Positions 48,927 to 62,900 of a stretch of DNA of 64,000 bases are shown here, one piece after another (the first letter of the stretch is position 1; each line of letters opens with the position of its first letter). A model generated the notes under the pieces. That model was not told where the DNA came from and ran no database searches. It saw nothing but the letters and a program-made list of their open reading frames with translations. The translations under genes were made by a program, and so were the position numbers. The stretch lies in NCBI RefSeq assembly GCF_963921235.1, contig NC_086108.1, forward strand, positions 36,086,001 through 36,150,000. Reading direction: 5' to 3'. The stretch is from Mobula hypostoma (taxonomy: Eukaryota).

Positions 48927-49390
48927 CCACTCATCGGCTACTTTATTAGGTACAGGGTCGGAAGCTGATACGTTCTTCTGCTGTAGCCCATCTACTTCAG
49001 GGTTCGATGTGCTGTGCGTTCAGAGATACTCTTCTGCACACTATTGTATTGTGTGGTTATTTGATCTACTATTGCCTTCCCGTAAGCTTGAATTAGTCTG
49101 ACCATTCTTCTCTGACTGCCCTCATTAACAAGACATTTTTGCCCACAGAACTGCTGATGTCTGGATGTTTTTTGTTTTATTTTTTTCCCCACCATCCTCT
49201 GTAATCTCTAGAGACTGTTGTGCATGAAAAACCCAGGAGATCAGCAATTTCTGAGATACTCAAACCACCCCATCTGGCACCAGCAATTACGCCACGGACA
49301 AAGTCACTTAGGTCATATTTGTTCCCCATTCTGATGTTTGATCTGAACAACAACTGAACCTCTTGATATTGTCTATGCTTTTATGTCTTC
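48927..49390 (-). mobile_element. Tc1-like DNA transposon remnant
   Basis: CGQKCLVNEGSQRRMVRLIQ...QITTQYN...KSISERTAHRTLK, a Tc1-type N-terminal DNA-binding region. Confidence 0.7.
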
Positions 49391-49409
49391 TGAGACTTCA
49401 CTGATTATA

Positions 49410-50070
49410 AGACGGTAGGATATAGGAGCAGAATTAGGCCATTTGGCCCATTGAGTCTGCTCTGCCATTTAATCATGGTTGATCTTTTTTTCCCCTCTTC
49501 AGCCCCACTCTCCAGCCTTCTCCACATAACCTTTGATGCCGTGTCCAATCAAGAGCCTATCATGCTCTGCCTTAAGTACCCCCAATGATCTGGCCTCCAT
49601 AGATGACTGTCATAATATATTCCACTGGCTGCCAACCAGAAAAGGATCCTTTTATTCCCACTCGCCGCCTGCTACCAATCAGCCAATGCTGTAATCATCT
49701 CAGTAACGTTCCTGTAATACCATGGGCTCTTAACTTGATCAGCAGCCTCATGTGTGGCACCTTGTCAAAGGCCTTCTGAAAGTCCAAATATACAACATCC
49801 ACTGCATCCTCTTTATTTATCCTATGTGTAATCTCAAAGAATTCCAAGAGTTTTGTCAGGCAGGATTTTTCCTGAAGGAAACCGTGCTGACTTTGTCCTA
49901 TCTTGTCACCAAGTACTCCATAACCTCATCCTTAACAATTTGCTCCAACATCTTCCCAACCACTTGGGTGAGGCTAACTGGTCTATAATTTCCATTCTGC
50001 TGCCTTCCTCCTTTCTTAAGGTGTAGAGTGACATTTGCAATTTTCCAGTCCTCTGACACCATGCTGGAGT
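49410..50070 (-). mobile_element. CR1 fragments (RT and tail)
   Basis: EDWKIANVT...GNYRPVSLT; similar to the CR1 at 9798-13685. Confidence 0.78.
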
Positions 50071-51299
50071 CCTGCTTTATTTGCTTGATTATCTGCTTGC
50101 CTCTGTTCCTTTGTTGGTGGTCACTTGTTGTCTCGAACGGCATTTCTTTTACTTGCAGCCTGACCATATCTTAAAAATATGCTGTCCACATAGCTGTTGC
50201 TCCATATCAGCAGGAACTACCTGCAGCTTTACCAGCTGGTGTGTCAGGTACTGGGGCATTACAGCTGGAGGATTTAAGTTGAACTTGGCGGTTGTGGGTT
50301 GTGAAACTCACAAACAGAATGAATACTCTTTGAAGGTTCTGGAAATCTAACTTTGGGGATGTAGTTAATTTAGTAATTGAGTACAAAATGTAATTTAAGT
50401 CATGAGAGAAATGTAGAATCCTGTTCAAGGGTAGGGCAGGAGGAACAGAAATAGTGACAGTTCTAATGGGAAATAGTGACAGTTTATGAATAGTATCCTT
50501 TTTGCCAGAAATCATTTTTCTAATATGTTAGGAATTTGAGCTTTTGGAATTAAGGATCTGAGAAAAATTGTTTGAACTTTAGAGATTTAATTGATTTAGT
50601 GACAGTTATAAATTAACGGTTACAATTCAGTGCAAATAAGTTTAGCAGGCAGTGAATTTTTTTGATAAATGCTTTGGGTCTATGAGTTTGCATGAGTTTG
50701 TTTCTGTTAAGCGTGGGGGGTTTCCCATGGTCTGCACATTAGATGTGAAGTTTTATATTTCCTTTGATATTGCTGGCAAGTGGTATAGAAACTGGAGTTT
50801 ATCATAGTTTTAGATCTAAACCTTACAAATTTGTAACTCTGCATAGGTGAGAATTTTTTTAGATCTTTAATTATTATTATCTGGTCTGCCATAATAAGGG
50901 CCTGATTGATTTCAGTCTAAAAATGTTTGGGAGCTGGGTTAGAGCGTCTCATGTATTACTGAAGGGCTTCACTGGAAATTTTACTGTTCAGTGATAGCAA
51001 AAAGAATACTCATTGTGGACAGCATTCATGTGCAAAGAAATTATTTAACAGTTTAAACTCACTAAAGGACTGAGGATGGCACTTCAGTGAAGCAAGACAT
51101 GCATTAGAGATGCTCGTCTATAACATTTGGTGATGGAAAATGGAGCATTCTCAAAACATATTCTTCCCTTATTTTGTATCGCTAACATTTTAATGATTCA
51201 TTTAGTGTGTGAAAGACTTAGCAGCATAATGGAGGGTGTGTTTATTCATGCAATGGTATTGGTGTCGTTTTGAATACCATATGAAGTTATGGTTATATG

Positions 51300-53120
51300 T
51301 AATCATAGCGATCTCAGGCATTTAGCAAAGGCCAATAAAAAGAAGCGAGGTGTAACTGGAAGGGCTATTGTTGGAATGGACAGTGTTAAAGTGGTTAGGC
51401 TTTGACTGAACAGGCTTGGGCGAGAACAGGCAGAGGGTCTAAGTAAGTTGTTTTTTGTTAGTACATAGCTAGTGTGCTCAAAATGGGCCCAGAGTTACTG
51501 GTATGTTCTTTGTGTGAGATGTGGGAATGTTCTGAGACCTCCAGCCTCCCTGGTAACTACATCTGCATGAAGTGCATTGAGCTGCAGCTCCTTAGAGTTC
51601 GTGTTAAGGAATTGGAGCTACAGCTGGTTGACCTTTGGCTCATATGGGAGAATGAAGAGGTCATGGATAGAAACTTCAAAGTTCAGAGCAAATTTATTAT
51701 CAAAGTACATATATGTCACCATATACAACCCTGAGATTTATTTTCTTGCGTTTACTGGCATTCACAGTAAATACAAGAAACACAATAGAATCAATGAAAG
51801 ACTGCACCCAAAAGGTTGGACATTCTATGTATAACAGACCGCAAATTGTGCAAATACAAAAAGAAAAGCTAGTGGTCCTTGATGATGGATGCTGCTTTAC
51901 TGCCAATATGATAGAGGAGAATGGACCATGGGAGAAAGGAAAGAAGCAGGGGCAGTGGGGGGAGATGATAAGCAGGTGAGGAGAAGAGATAAGGAGCCAG
52001 AGATGGACTAGATGAAAAGGGAAGGGACAGGGGAAAAAAATTACCCAGAGAGATCAATGTACATTCCATTTGGTTGGAGGCTACCTAGACGGAATATGAG
52101 GTGTTGTTTCTCCACTCTGAATACAGCCTCATTATGGACTGATGTGACGGAACAGGGTTAGGAATAGGAATTAAAATGGTTAGTGCCATTATCTATCCCA
52201 CCCATCTGGCTTCACCTATCACCTTCCAGCTAGTTTTTCTTCCCCTTGCCCTACCTTTAAATCCTGGTATCTTCCCCCTTCCTCTCCAGTCCGGAAGAAG
52301 GGTCTCAACTAGAAACATTGATTGTTCATTCATTTCCATAGATGGCTGCCTGTCCTGCTGAGTTCTTCCAGCATTTTGTGTCTGTTGGTCTGGAGGAGGA
52401 CACTAGCAGGGATGAAAATTCAAAAATCAAAGTTGCGAAGGGACTTGGGAGTCGTCATGCAGTATTCTCTAAAAGTTAACTTACTGGTTGCTTTGGTGGT
52501 AAGGAAGGCAAATGCAATGTTAGCATTTATTTCGAGAGGACAAGAATATAAGAGCTGAGGTTTTCTAAGACATTGGCTAGACCACGCTTAGAGTATTGTG
52601 AACAGTTTTGGGCCACTTATCTAAGAAAAGATATGCTGGCTTTGGAGTGGGCCTAGAGGAGATTCACGAGACTGGGCCCGGGAGTGTAAGGGTGAGTGCA
52701 GGAGCAGTGTTTGGCTTTGGATCTGTACTCTCTGGAGTTTAGAAGAATGAAATGGGATATCATTGAAACCTATCAAACATTAAAAGGCCTAGATAGAATG
52801 GATATAGAGAGGATATTTCCTCTGAATGAACCTAGGACCAGAGAGCACAGCCTCAGAATAGAGGGATGTCCACTTAGAACACAGATGAGGAATTTCTTTA
52901 GCCAGAGAGTAGTGAATCTGTGGAATTCATTGCCACAGACAGCTGTGGAAGCCATGTTATTGGGTATATTTAAAGTGGAGGTTGATAGGTTCTTGATTAG
53001 TCAAGGTGTCAAAAGTTACAGGGAGAAGGTAGGAGAGTTGGGGTTGAGAGGGATAATAAATCAGCAATGATGGAATGGCGGAGCAGGCTCGAGGGCTAAA
53101 TTCTGCACCTTTGTCTTATA
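51300..53120 (+). mobile_element. Fragmented CR1 (ORF1 Cys-rich start and 3' end) with embedded Penelope-like pieces (about 51900-52385)
   Basis: LVCSLCEMWE...YICMKCIELQLL at 51474-51670; FFSQRVVNLWNSLP in 52696-53070. Confidence 0.72.
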
Positions 53121-53139
53121 AGTGTTTTATGCTCTAATT

Positions 53140-53219
53140 CAGGGGTTCCCAACCTGGGGTCCACTGACCCCTCAGTTAATGGTATGGGTTCATGACATAA
53201 AAAAGGTTAGGAACACCTG
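53140..53219. mobile_element. 80-bp hAT MITE, second copy
   Basis: Same length and sequence as 31634-31713; TSD not recognisable. Confidence 0.82.
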
Positions 53220-54394
53220 CGCCCATTGCAATTATTTTGCTCTTACCAACTCCTCGAATATGCTATTGCTACATATGTTGTGTTTCATTTGGGTGTGAAG
53301 TTTGGGAAATTGAAATTGGATTCATTTTTAAATAGCGAAGGCCTTGGCATCTAACACAGAGGATGTCAATATCGGAATAAGGTTTATTATCACTGGCATG
53401 TGTCGTGAAATTTCTTAACTTAGCTTAAGTTGCATGTTGGAAGTCAGTAAAAGTAAAAGTTTATTCCTTAGAACCTGGTTTATTATCACTGATGTATGCT
53501 GTGAAATCTGTTGCTTTGTGCAGCAGGACAGTGCAAGATATAAACATTATTAGAGGTTACAAAAATAAATAAGTATTGCAAAAGAGAACAGTGAGGTAGA
53601 GTTCACTGGCTGTTCAGAAATCTGAGGGGAAAAGCTCTCAGAACTTTGGGTCCACATTAGCAGATTTTTATTGATATGATTTCAATTGTACTTTTATTTT
53701 GTAAAGCATTAATGTAGCATGATAAATTTTCTTGTGAACCAAGTGAGTTCAAAGGGTACCCAGAAATGAGGCACCGATGAATTCAAAGAGAGGATGGACA
53801 AAGGAGTGTCGATTAATTTAAAGACTGCAGGAAAAGGGGCCATGATGAGCCATATGTCAGACCATTGGGATTTCTGAATAATCAGTAAATTGATTTTATG
53901 ACTCTTTGTAATTGTTTTAATTTGCTTTGATAACATTTATTGAAAAGAGTAATCTACATAAAATATTTCACAACTGTGTAAGCATAATTTAACCACTGTT
54001 AAAAGCTGCTTATATTGTTTTCCTAAATATTTTCAAAAATTTTTAACAGGTCATCAATCCATGAAAAACTTAAAATGGTAAAGAAAAAGTGAGCACTCAA
54101 AGTCATTTAAGTAAAATCAATTAGAACAGTGTTTGGCCCATGATGTTATGCCAACCCTTCAACCTACTTTAAGATTAATCGAATCCTTCTCTCCCACATA
54201 GTGCTCCATTTTTCTTTCGCCATGTGCCCTATCCCAGAGAGTCTTATTTGTCCCTAATGTATCTGCCTTTACCACCACACCTGGAAGCTTTACATGCACC
54301 TACTAGCCTCTGAGTAGAAAAATCAACACCTCTGACATCCTCCAATACTTTCCTCCAAATACCTTAAACACCTTAAAAGTTTTGCTACCTCATT

Positions 54395-56672
54395 CTGTAT
54401 TCTACAAGTATGTGAAGAGCAAGAGGATGAGCCGTGTGAGAATAGGACCAATCAGGTGTGATAACCGGTACATGGAGTCAGAGGAGGTAGCGGAGGTACT
54501 TGATGAATACTTTGCTTCAGTATTCACCAGGGAAAAGGATCTTGGACTGAAACGCTTGAGCATATAGACGTTAAGAAAGAGGACGTGCTCGAGCTTTTGA
54601 AATAAATTAACTTAGATAAGTTGCCAAGTCCAGACGAGATGTACTCCAGGATACTGTGGGAAGCGAAGGTTGAGATTGCTGAGCCTCTGGTGATGATCTG
54701 TGCATCATCACTAGGGACGGGAGAAGTACTAGGGGATTGGAGGGTTGCAAATGTTGTTCCCTTGTTCAAGAAAGGGAGTAGAGGTAATCCAGGAAATTAT
54801 AGATCAGTGAGTCTACTTCAGCAGTGGGCAAGTTGTTGGAGAAGATCCTGAGAGGCCGGATTTATGAACATTTGGAGAGACATAATCTGATTAGAGATAG
54901 TTAGCATGGCTTTGTCAAGGGCAGGTCGTGCCTTACAAGCCTGAATTAATTCTTCGAGGATGTGACAAAACACATAGATGAAAGAAGAACAGTGGATGTA
55001 GTGTATATGGATTTTAGTAAGACGTTTGATAATGTTTCCCATGCAAGGTTCATTCAGAAAGTAAGGAGGTATGGGAACCAAGGAGATCTTGCTTTGTGTA
55101 TCTAGAATTGGATTGCCCACATTAGGCAAAGGGTGGTTGTAGATGGTTTGTATTCTGCATGGAGGTCGGTGACCAGTGGTGTTCTGCAAGGATCTGTTCT
55201 GAGACCCCTTCTCTTTTGATTGTTTTTTTTAATAAATGACCTGGATGAAGAAATAGAAGGGTGGGTTAGTAAGTTTGCTGACGACGCAAAGGTTGGAGGT
55301 GTTGTGGATATTCTGGAGGGCTGTCAGGGGTTACAGCAGGACATTGATAGGATGCAGAACTCAGCTGAGAAGTGGCAGATGGACCCAGATAAGTGTGGTG
55401 GTTCGTTTTGGTAGGTCAAATTTGAAGACAGAATATAATATTAATGGTAAGACTCTTGGCAGTGTGGAGGATCAGCGAGATTCTGGGGTCCTTGTCCATA
55501 GGACATTCAAAGCTGATGCGCTGGTTGATGGTGCTGTTAAGAAGGCGTATGGTGTGCTTGGTCTTCATCAACTGTGGGATTGAGTTCAAGAGGCATGAGG
55601 TAATGTTACATCTATATAGACCTTAGTTAGACCCCACTTTGAGTACTGTGTTCAGTTCTGGTCATCTTACTACAGGAGGGATGTGGATACTGTAGAGAGA
55701 GTGCAGAAGAGATTTACAAAGATGTTAACACGAGGAATTCTGCAGGTGCTGGAAATTCAAGCAACACACATCAAAGTTGCTGGGGAACGCAGCAGGCCAG
55801 GCAGCATCTTTAGGACGAGGTACAATCGACGTTTCGGGCGGAGACCCTTCGTCAGGACTACAGGTCCCGACAAAGGGTCTCGGCCCGAAATGTTGACTGT
55901 ACCTCGTCCTAGAGATGCTGCCTGGCCTGTTGCGTTCACCAGCAACTTTGATGTGTGTTACAAAGTTGTTGCCTGGATTGGAGAGTGTGCCTTATGAGAA
56001 TAGGTTGAGTGAACTTGGCCTTTTCTCCTTGGAGTGACAGAGGATGAGAGGTAACCTGACAGAGGTGTATAAGATGATGAGAGCCTTGATTGTGTGGATA
56101 GCCAGAGGCTTTTTTCCCCAGGGCTGAAATGGCTAACATGAGGGGGCATAGTTTTAAGTGCTTGGAAGTAAGTACAGAGGGGATGTCAGAAGTAAGTTTT
56201 TCACTGAGAGTGGTGGGTGCATGGAGTGCACTGCCAGTGATAGTGATAAAGGCAGATGAAATAGGGTCTTCGCAGAACAACACACGCAAAATGCTGGAGG
56301 TAGTCAGCAGGCCAGGCAGCATCTATAGAAAAAAAAAAGTACAGTCGATGTTTTGGGCCATAATCCTTCAGCAGGACTGGAGAATAAAGAGTTGAGGAGT
56401 AGATTTAAAAAGTGGGGGAGGGAAGAGAGAAACAGCAGGTGACAGGTGAAACCTGGAGTGTGAGGGATGAAGTAAAGAGCTGGGAAGTTGATTACTGAAA
56501 GAGACAGAAGGCCATGAGGGTCTTTTAAGAGATTCTGGGATAGGTGCATAGGGCTTAGAAAAATAGAGGGCTATGTGGTAGGGAAATTCTAGGCAGTTTC
56601 TAGAATAGGTTACATGGTTAGCACAAATTTGTGGGTCAAATGGCCTGTAATGTGCTGTAGATTTCTATGTTC
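54395..56672 (+). mobile_element. CR1 LINE ORF2/3' part with Penelope-like insertions
   Basis: DWRVANVVPLFKKG, SKFADDAKVGG, CR1 tail; inserts at 55727-55959 and about 56275-56515. Confidence 0.88.
55727..55959. mobile_element. Fold-back Penelope-like pseudo-LTR insertion
   Basis: 96-bp inverted arms (55763-55858, 55864-55959) with 5-nt spacer TACAG; TSD ACAAAGATGTT/ACAAAGTTGTT. Confidence 0.88.
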
Positions 56673-56877
56673 TCATATTATCCATTTTCAGTCTAGGAAA
56701 AAAGTCTCTGGTTGTCTGTCTATGCGTCTTATCTTGTACAGTTCTATCAAAACACCTCTCATCTTCCTTCTCAATCTATCCTCATAAGACACGCTGTCCA
56801 ATCCAGGGAGCATCCTCATAAATCTCCTCAGTACCCTCTTTAATGTTTCCACATCCTTCCTATAATGAGGTGATAAA

Positions 56878-57320
56878 CAGGAGAAAGTCTGCAGGTACTG
56901 GACGCCCAACCAATGCACACAAAATGCTGGAGGAACTCAACAGGCCAGGCAGCATCTACAGAAAAGAGCAGAGTTGACATTTCAGGCTGAAGCCCTTCAG
57001 CAAGACTGGAGAAAAAGATAAATAGATTTAAAAGGTGGGGGGAGGGGTGGAAGAAACACAAAGTGAAGGTGAAACCGGGAGGGGGAAAATTGAAGTGAAG
57101 AGTTGGGAAATGGATTGGTGAAAGAGATACAGGGCTGAAGAGGGGGGTAATATTGGAGAGGACAGAAGGCCATGGAAGAAAGAAAAAGGAGGAGCACCAC
57201 CAGAGGGAGGTGATGGGCAGGCAAACAGATAAGTTGAGAGAGGGAAAAGGAGATGGTGAATGGTGAAGGAGAGGGCTGGGGGGCATTACAGGAAGTTAGA
57301 GAAATCAATGTTTATGCCAG
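56878..57320 (-). mobile_element. Penelope-like 3' fragment within a minus-strand CR1 remnant
   Basis: Same terminus and GIY-YIG end as the other copies. Confidence 0.75.
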
Positions 57321-57453
57321 TATTGAACACAATGCTCCAACTCCAGAGTTTTATAGTGCTGCAATATTACTCTGCAGGTCTTGGACTCATTCCCCCAACC
57401 AATGATTGTAGTACACCATACTGCTTTCTTAACCACTCTATCAACTTGCACTG

Positions 57454-57631
57454 TCACTTAGAGGGAACTATTGATGTGAACCCCGCGATTCCTCTGTCCT
57501 CCACACTGTTAGGTATCCTGACATTAACCCTGAATACTGCTTTCACTTAGAGGGAACTATTGATGTGAACCCCGCGATTCCTCTGTCCTCCACACTGTTA
57601 GGTATCCTGACATTAACCCTGAATACTGCTT
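57454..57631. repeat. Perfect 89-bp tandem duplication
   Basis: Units 57454-57542 and 57543-57631 are identical by eye; TCA microhomology at the junctions. Confidence 0.92.
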
Positions 57632-58131
57632 TCAAGTGTAACCTTCCAAACTGAATCACTTCATACTTGATTGCCATTTCTCAACCTGGGTCTGCATCTT
57701 ATCAATATCCCTGTGTACCCTACAACCTTACACTGTATTCACAATGCGATCAACCTTCATGTCATCTGTAAACTTAATTTAATAAGTTAGTTGTCTTTTT
57801 TTCAACTAATGGTGGAAATGTTATTTGGCACAGGTTGTTTTAGTGAAATTTCTAGCATGAACCATTATAAATTTGTGCTGGCCCATTGAACTCTGAGGAA
57901 TCCTCCAAAAGTGAAGTCAGTAAATTGTGAGCAAAGTAATACTTGGTGGGACATACTAGAAATTGCAGTTTGTTCTGGGCAGAAGCAAAATAGTACATCT
58001 CCTTGTAAAATTTTGCATACATTGTCCTTCACAGCTCTTGCTGCATTTGATGAATTTACTTTACACCCACAACTTTCTGCACTGCCTATGATGCATGTAA
58101 TTTTTATTCTGTGGTGTATAATTTTCACTGA

Positions 58132-58287
<156 letters not shown>

Positions 58288-58759
58288 TAAAACTTTTGAC
58301 TGAAATTGCTAATGTTCATGCCATGGTAGATTCATAGCAAGACATTATCAAGGTGGTCTGTTGACAAAGGAAGTACTGAAAAGCTAGTGGTTATATGCTG
58401 CTAAAATAAATTAATTCACTACATTCCAAAGTTTTGCTTATATTTGTATGATGGAGCAAATAGAACCTGCTTTGCATCATCATTATTTGAGAAAAGTAAG
58501 CTATTTTGTCATGCAGCATTTTGTGTCAGGCATGAAATCTGAACCAATCAATAAGGAATTGTATCCAATACAAAAACTGTTTACTGTGTTGAATGAAAAT
58601 GTATAAAAGGCTTGATATGTGATGAGGTAGAATGAGACAAAATGATATGAGAAGAGGTATGATAGAAAAGGGAAGCTAAAGTTAATTTTGCACTAATTTG
58701 ATGTCAGGTTTATTATGGGATTAGTGATGTTGTAAAATCAGCTTTACTTAGTTTGTGAA

Positions 58760-58966
58760 CAAATCATAAACAAGAGCGAATTTACAGATGCTGGAAATCC
58801 AAGCAACACACACTAAATTCTGGAGGAACACAGCAGGCCAGGCAGCATTGATGGGGGGAAAAAGTACAAAGACCTGCCTAAAGTTCTCAGTCCGCAAGGT
58901 CAACTGTACTTTTTTCCATAGATTCTGCCTGGCCTACTGAGTTCCTCCAACATTTTGTGCGTGTTG
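58760..58966. mobile_element. Older fold-back Penelope-like insertion
   Basis: 13-bp TSD CTTAGTTTGTGAA (58747-58759, 58967-58979); imperfect inverted arms at about 58802-58868 and 58906-58966. Confidence 0.78.
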
Positions 58967-59944
58967 CTTAGTTTGTGAATATTGGTTTGTAGGTTGTTTA
59001 AATGACGAAGTGGGGAAAATTCATCAATTTTCTATATTTTTGCTAATCAGTTAATCTGAGTTGTGGAAATGTTGGCTCCTTGGAATCTTTTCTGACATTT
59101 GTCTTTGAGGTTGGAGAAGAGGGACAGTGAAAAGGAACATCTAAAGAGAAAAACTTAGAATTATGGTGGAAGTTATATCTATTCATAGATCTTCATCCTT
59201 AACAGGGATGGAAAGCCTAGTTAGTTCTCTCTCCAAACCATATAATTTTGAATCCAGTTCTGTTCTACTACTTCTAACTCAGCCCAAATTATATGTTGAA
59301 GTAGGAATTTTCCTAATATTTATGTTGTTAACAATTTGGTCTCCAAGGAAAGATTACTTCAGATAATCCGAGATGGTCTCCAAGGAAAGGAACCTCAAAC
59401 ATTTGCAGTAGCTTCATCAATGATATTTTCTCCATTGTTATTGGGAATGTGTGCGGTGAATCCCATAGTATTCAGATTCATTTATAACTCTTCAGGTAGT
59501 GATATGGTCAATGCTCACTTGGAGCAAGGAGTGAGCTTGTGCTGATTGGTGATAAGTAATACATAAATATTAGTATTGTAAAATAAGAGGAACTATAAAT
59601 ACATTCCAAAGGCATTCAATAGCATCACAACTCCTACACTATCAATATTCTGAAATTTAATAGGCCCAGTCACACAGATGCTGTGGTTGCAAGAGTAGAT
59701 TTGGCCTGTGAATCTCTTGGCATGTGAGTTTCTTCCTGATTATCCACATCCTTGCTACTATCTACAGGGCATGTCAGGATCACAAGAAAATGGTTGCTTC
59801 ATGTGGCCACCTAGCCTCTCAAACCTACCCGTCTATTCAATATAATCATGGCTGATATACTGCAGACTCTTAACACTTTTGTGTCAGTTCCCCATAACCC
59901 TCAATTTCTTAATCTTTAAAAAAATTCTTATCTCTTTCAGTTGT

Positions 59945-62900
59945 ATTGGTAGTTGTCGATCCCAGGGGATCATGGGTTTGTGCCTCTGGTGGACTGGGTT
60001 AAGCAGTGTCTGCTGTGACTGTGGAGTCCAATGCGGGAGTGACAGTCCTTGCCACACTGTGTACAGCAGAACACTGAGGCAGCTCTAATGTCTTGAGCAG
60101 CTTGGGCATGGAGATTTCGGCAGGTTCTCTTTTCCTCTGTTTGCTGCATCAGCGTGGTCTTGTACCTCAAGAGACCCTTTTTCACCTGCTTCCAGGCACA
60201 CCTGTCTGAGGTGAGTGACTGCCACGTGTTAGTGCTAATACCAAGGGCCTTGAGGTTGCATTTGCAGGTGTCCTTGTAGTGCAGCTGGGGTCTTCCTGTT
60301 GACCTCATTCCAGACTCCAACTCCTCAAAGATAAGGTCCTTTGATACGCGCCCAGCTGCCATGTGCAAGACGTGGCCTAGCCAGTGCGTACACCTCTGTT
60401 TGAGGAAGGTGAACATGGAGGTGGTGCCTGCTCTCTCAAGCACTGTGCTGTTTGTATCCTTGGCTTCCTAGGTGGTACCAAGTATGCGTCTGAGGTGGCA
60501 CATATGGAAAGTGTTGAGTCACTGCTCTTGTTTTGTGCGCAGGGTGCAGGTTTTGCTGGCATAGAGCAAAGTGCTCAGCACACAGGCTGTGCACACCTGG
60601 ACTTTGGTGTTCATGATGTGTCCATTGTTGGCCCAGACAACCTTGAGAAGATTGTGGCTGCTTTTCTGATGCGCTTGTTGATCTTGCTTTCGAGTGACTG
60701 GTTATGAGATTATGGAGCCCAGGTATGTGAATTCGTGGATGACTTTCAGCTCATAGTCAACAATGTAAACGGATGGCTTGTTGTCAACGTCTTGCCCTAT
60801 CACGTGTGTCTTCAGGCTGAACTCTCTGCAGGCTTCTGCAAAGTGGGTCATGAGATCTAGCTCCTGCTGTGAGTGAGTTGCAACAGCTGCGTCATCGGCA
60901 AACAGGAAGTCTCCGAGGAGCCTTATCTGCACTTCGGTCCTCACTCTGTCTTGACGGTCTAAAGAGGTTTCCGTCTGATCTTGAACGGAGATAAATGCCA
61001 TAGTGGCCTCCCCAAACGGGGATGAACAGGACTATAAAGAAGAAGCCAAACAGTGTCGGAACGAGGACACACCCATGTTTTACCCTGCTGAGGATGTTAA
61101 AGAACTCTGATGTGGAGCCATTGAACACTATGGTCCCCTTCACGTTGTCATGAAATGACCTGATGATACTGAGTAGGATTGGGGGGCAGCCAATCTTGGC
61201 AAGGATCGCAAAGAACGCCTTGGTAAGATTGATGAAGGTGATACAGAGTGGTTTCTGCTATTCCGCACTTCTCTCGCATTTGCCTGAGGGAGAAGACCAT
61301 GTCAATGTTGGACCACTCGGCTCTGAATCTACACTGAGACTTGGTACAGACCCTTTCTGCAAGCAGCTGGATCCTCTTCAGGACGACTCGAGCAAAAAGC
61401 TTCCCCACAACACTGAGAAGAGAGACACCACGATAGTTGTTACAGTTGCTCCTATCGCTTTTTGTTCTTGTAGACAGTGATGATGTTTGCATCCCTCACA
61501 TCTTGGGCTATGCTGCCTTCACTCCAACACTGGCAGAAGATTTTTTTCCTGGTGCTTTCCCAGAAGAAAGTGCCTCCTGTGTCTCGCTGAGTTCCTCCGG
61601 TGTGAACCAAGTTTGATCATGGTTTTAGAGCTTTTTCTTTAACAACAGTCTCTCTGACATCCAGCTTAGAGTAATGTTCTACCCAGCGTTCCATCTGTTG
61701 TGTTGTGTTCTGTCCTTGATGACCTCTTCCGTTGATGACTTTAGTGGGGCAGTCTTGCTCTGTAGTGGACCAATGGCTTGCTTGATTCTGTCATACATTC
61801 CTCTGATGTTGCCAGTGTCAGCAGCCTCCTGGATCTTGGAGCAGAGCTGGAGCCGGTAAGTCATTGGTATACTGCCTGGCAGCCTATTGAACTTTGTTCT
61901 GGGTAGACCGGAGCACTTGCATGTTCTTCTCGCTAGGAGAGGACTTGTATGCTGTAAGTGCTTTTCTTTTCTCCTCAGTCAGAAGCAACAGCACTTCAGA
62001 GTGGGCCTCAAACCAGTTAGCAGACTTACTGTCTTTTTCCAAAGGTGGATATCGCTGTGTTGTAGATGGTGTCCTGCAGGTTTTCCCATCTCTTGCTGAC
62101 ATTGGTGTTGGGAGAGCCAGGCAGAGCTTCCTCCAGGCTTGCACAAACACTGCTATCTTTACAGGGTCACGAGTATTGCTGGTGTCGATGTGTGCCCTCC
62201 CTTCCCTTCTAGAATGATGAAGTATTCTTGGCTGAAGTTTTACCTTCCTGCACACAAGGGAGTGGTCAGTGTGGCAATTTGCACTCTGGTAACTACGTGT
62301 CACCTTGACAGTGTTGAAGACTGCTGCATCTTGTGAGGATGAGATCAATATAGTGACAATGTTTGGAACACGGATATCTCCATGACACTTTGTGCTGAGG
62401 TTTGGTGTTGAAGAAGGTGTTAGTAATACAGAGGTCATGTTGGCAGCAGAGTTCAAGGAGGCGCTGGCTGTTTTCATTCATCTTTCCAGTTCTGAACTGT
62501 CCCAAGCAGGAGGGCTAGCTGTGGTGGTCACTGCCAGCTCTTGCGTTAAAGTCGTTGAGAATGAATAGTGGCTCTCAAGAAGGGACTTCTTTGATGGCAA
62601 CACTGAGTTCATCATAGAACTTGTCCTTAGCTTCCTGGGTAGAGGTTAATGTAGGCACATAAGCACTGGTAATGCTAACTAGGCCCACAGACATTTGAAG
62701 CTGAATCCTGAGCAGTTTTCAGTTCCTTCAGTTGGTGGTATGATGGTGCCAACTAGGCTGTTTCTTCTGGCAAAGCCAGCATCATGCTCCCTAGGCTCTT
62801 CTGGTAGCTTTCCATGACAGATGAAGGAGAAGTCTTCCTCTCAAAGACTTCCAGAGAAAGAGAGCCTTGTTTTGTTGAAGGGCAATGACGCCAATCTGCA

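Noticed and set aside
57454..57631. CRISPR-like or satellite array
   Set aside because: Only two adjacent units with no spacers, in eukaryotic DNA.
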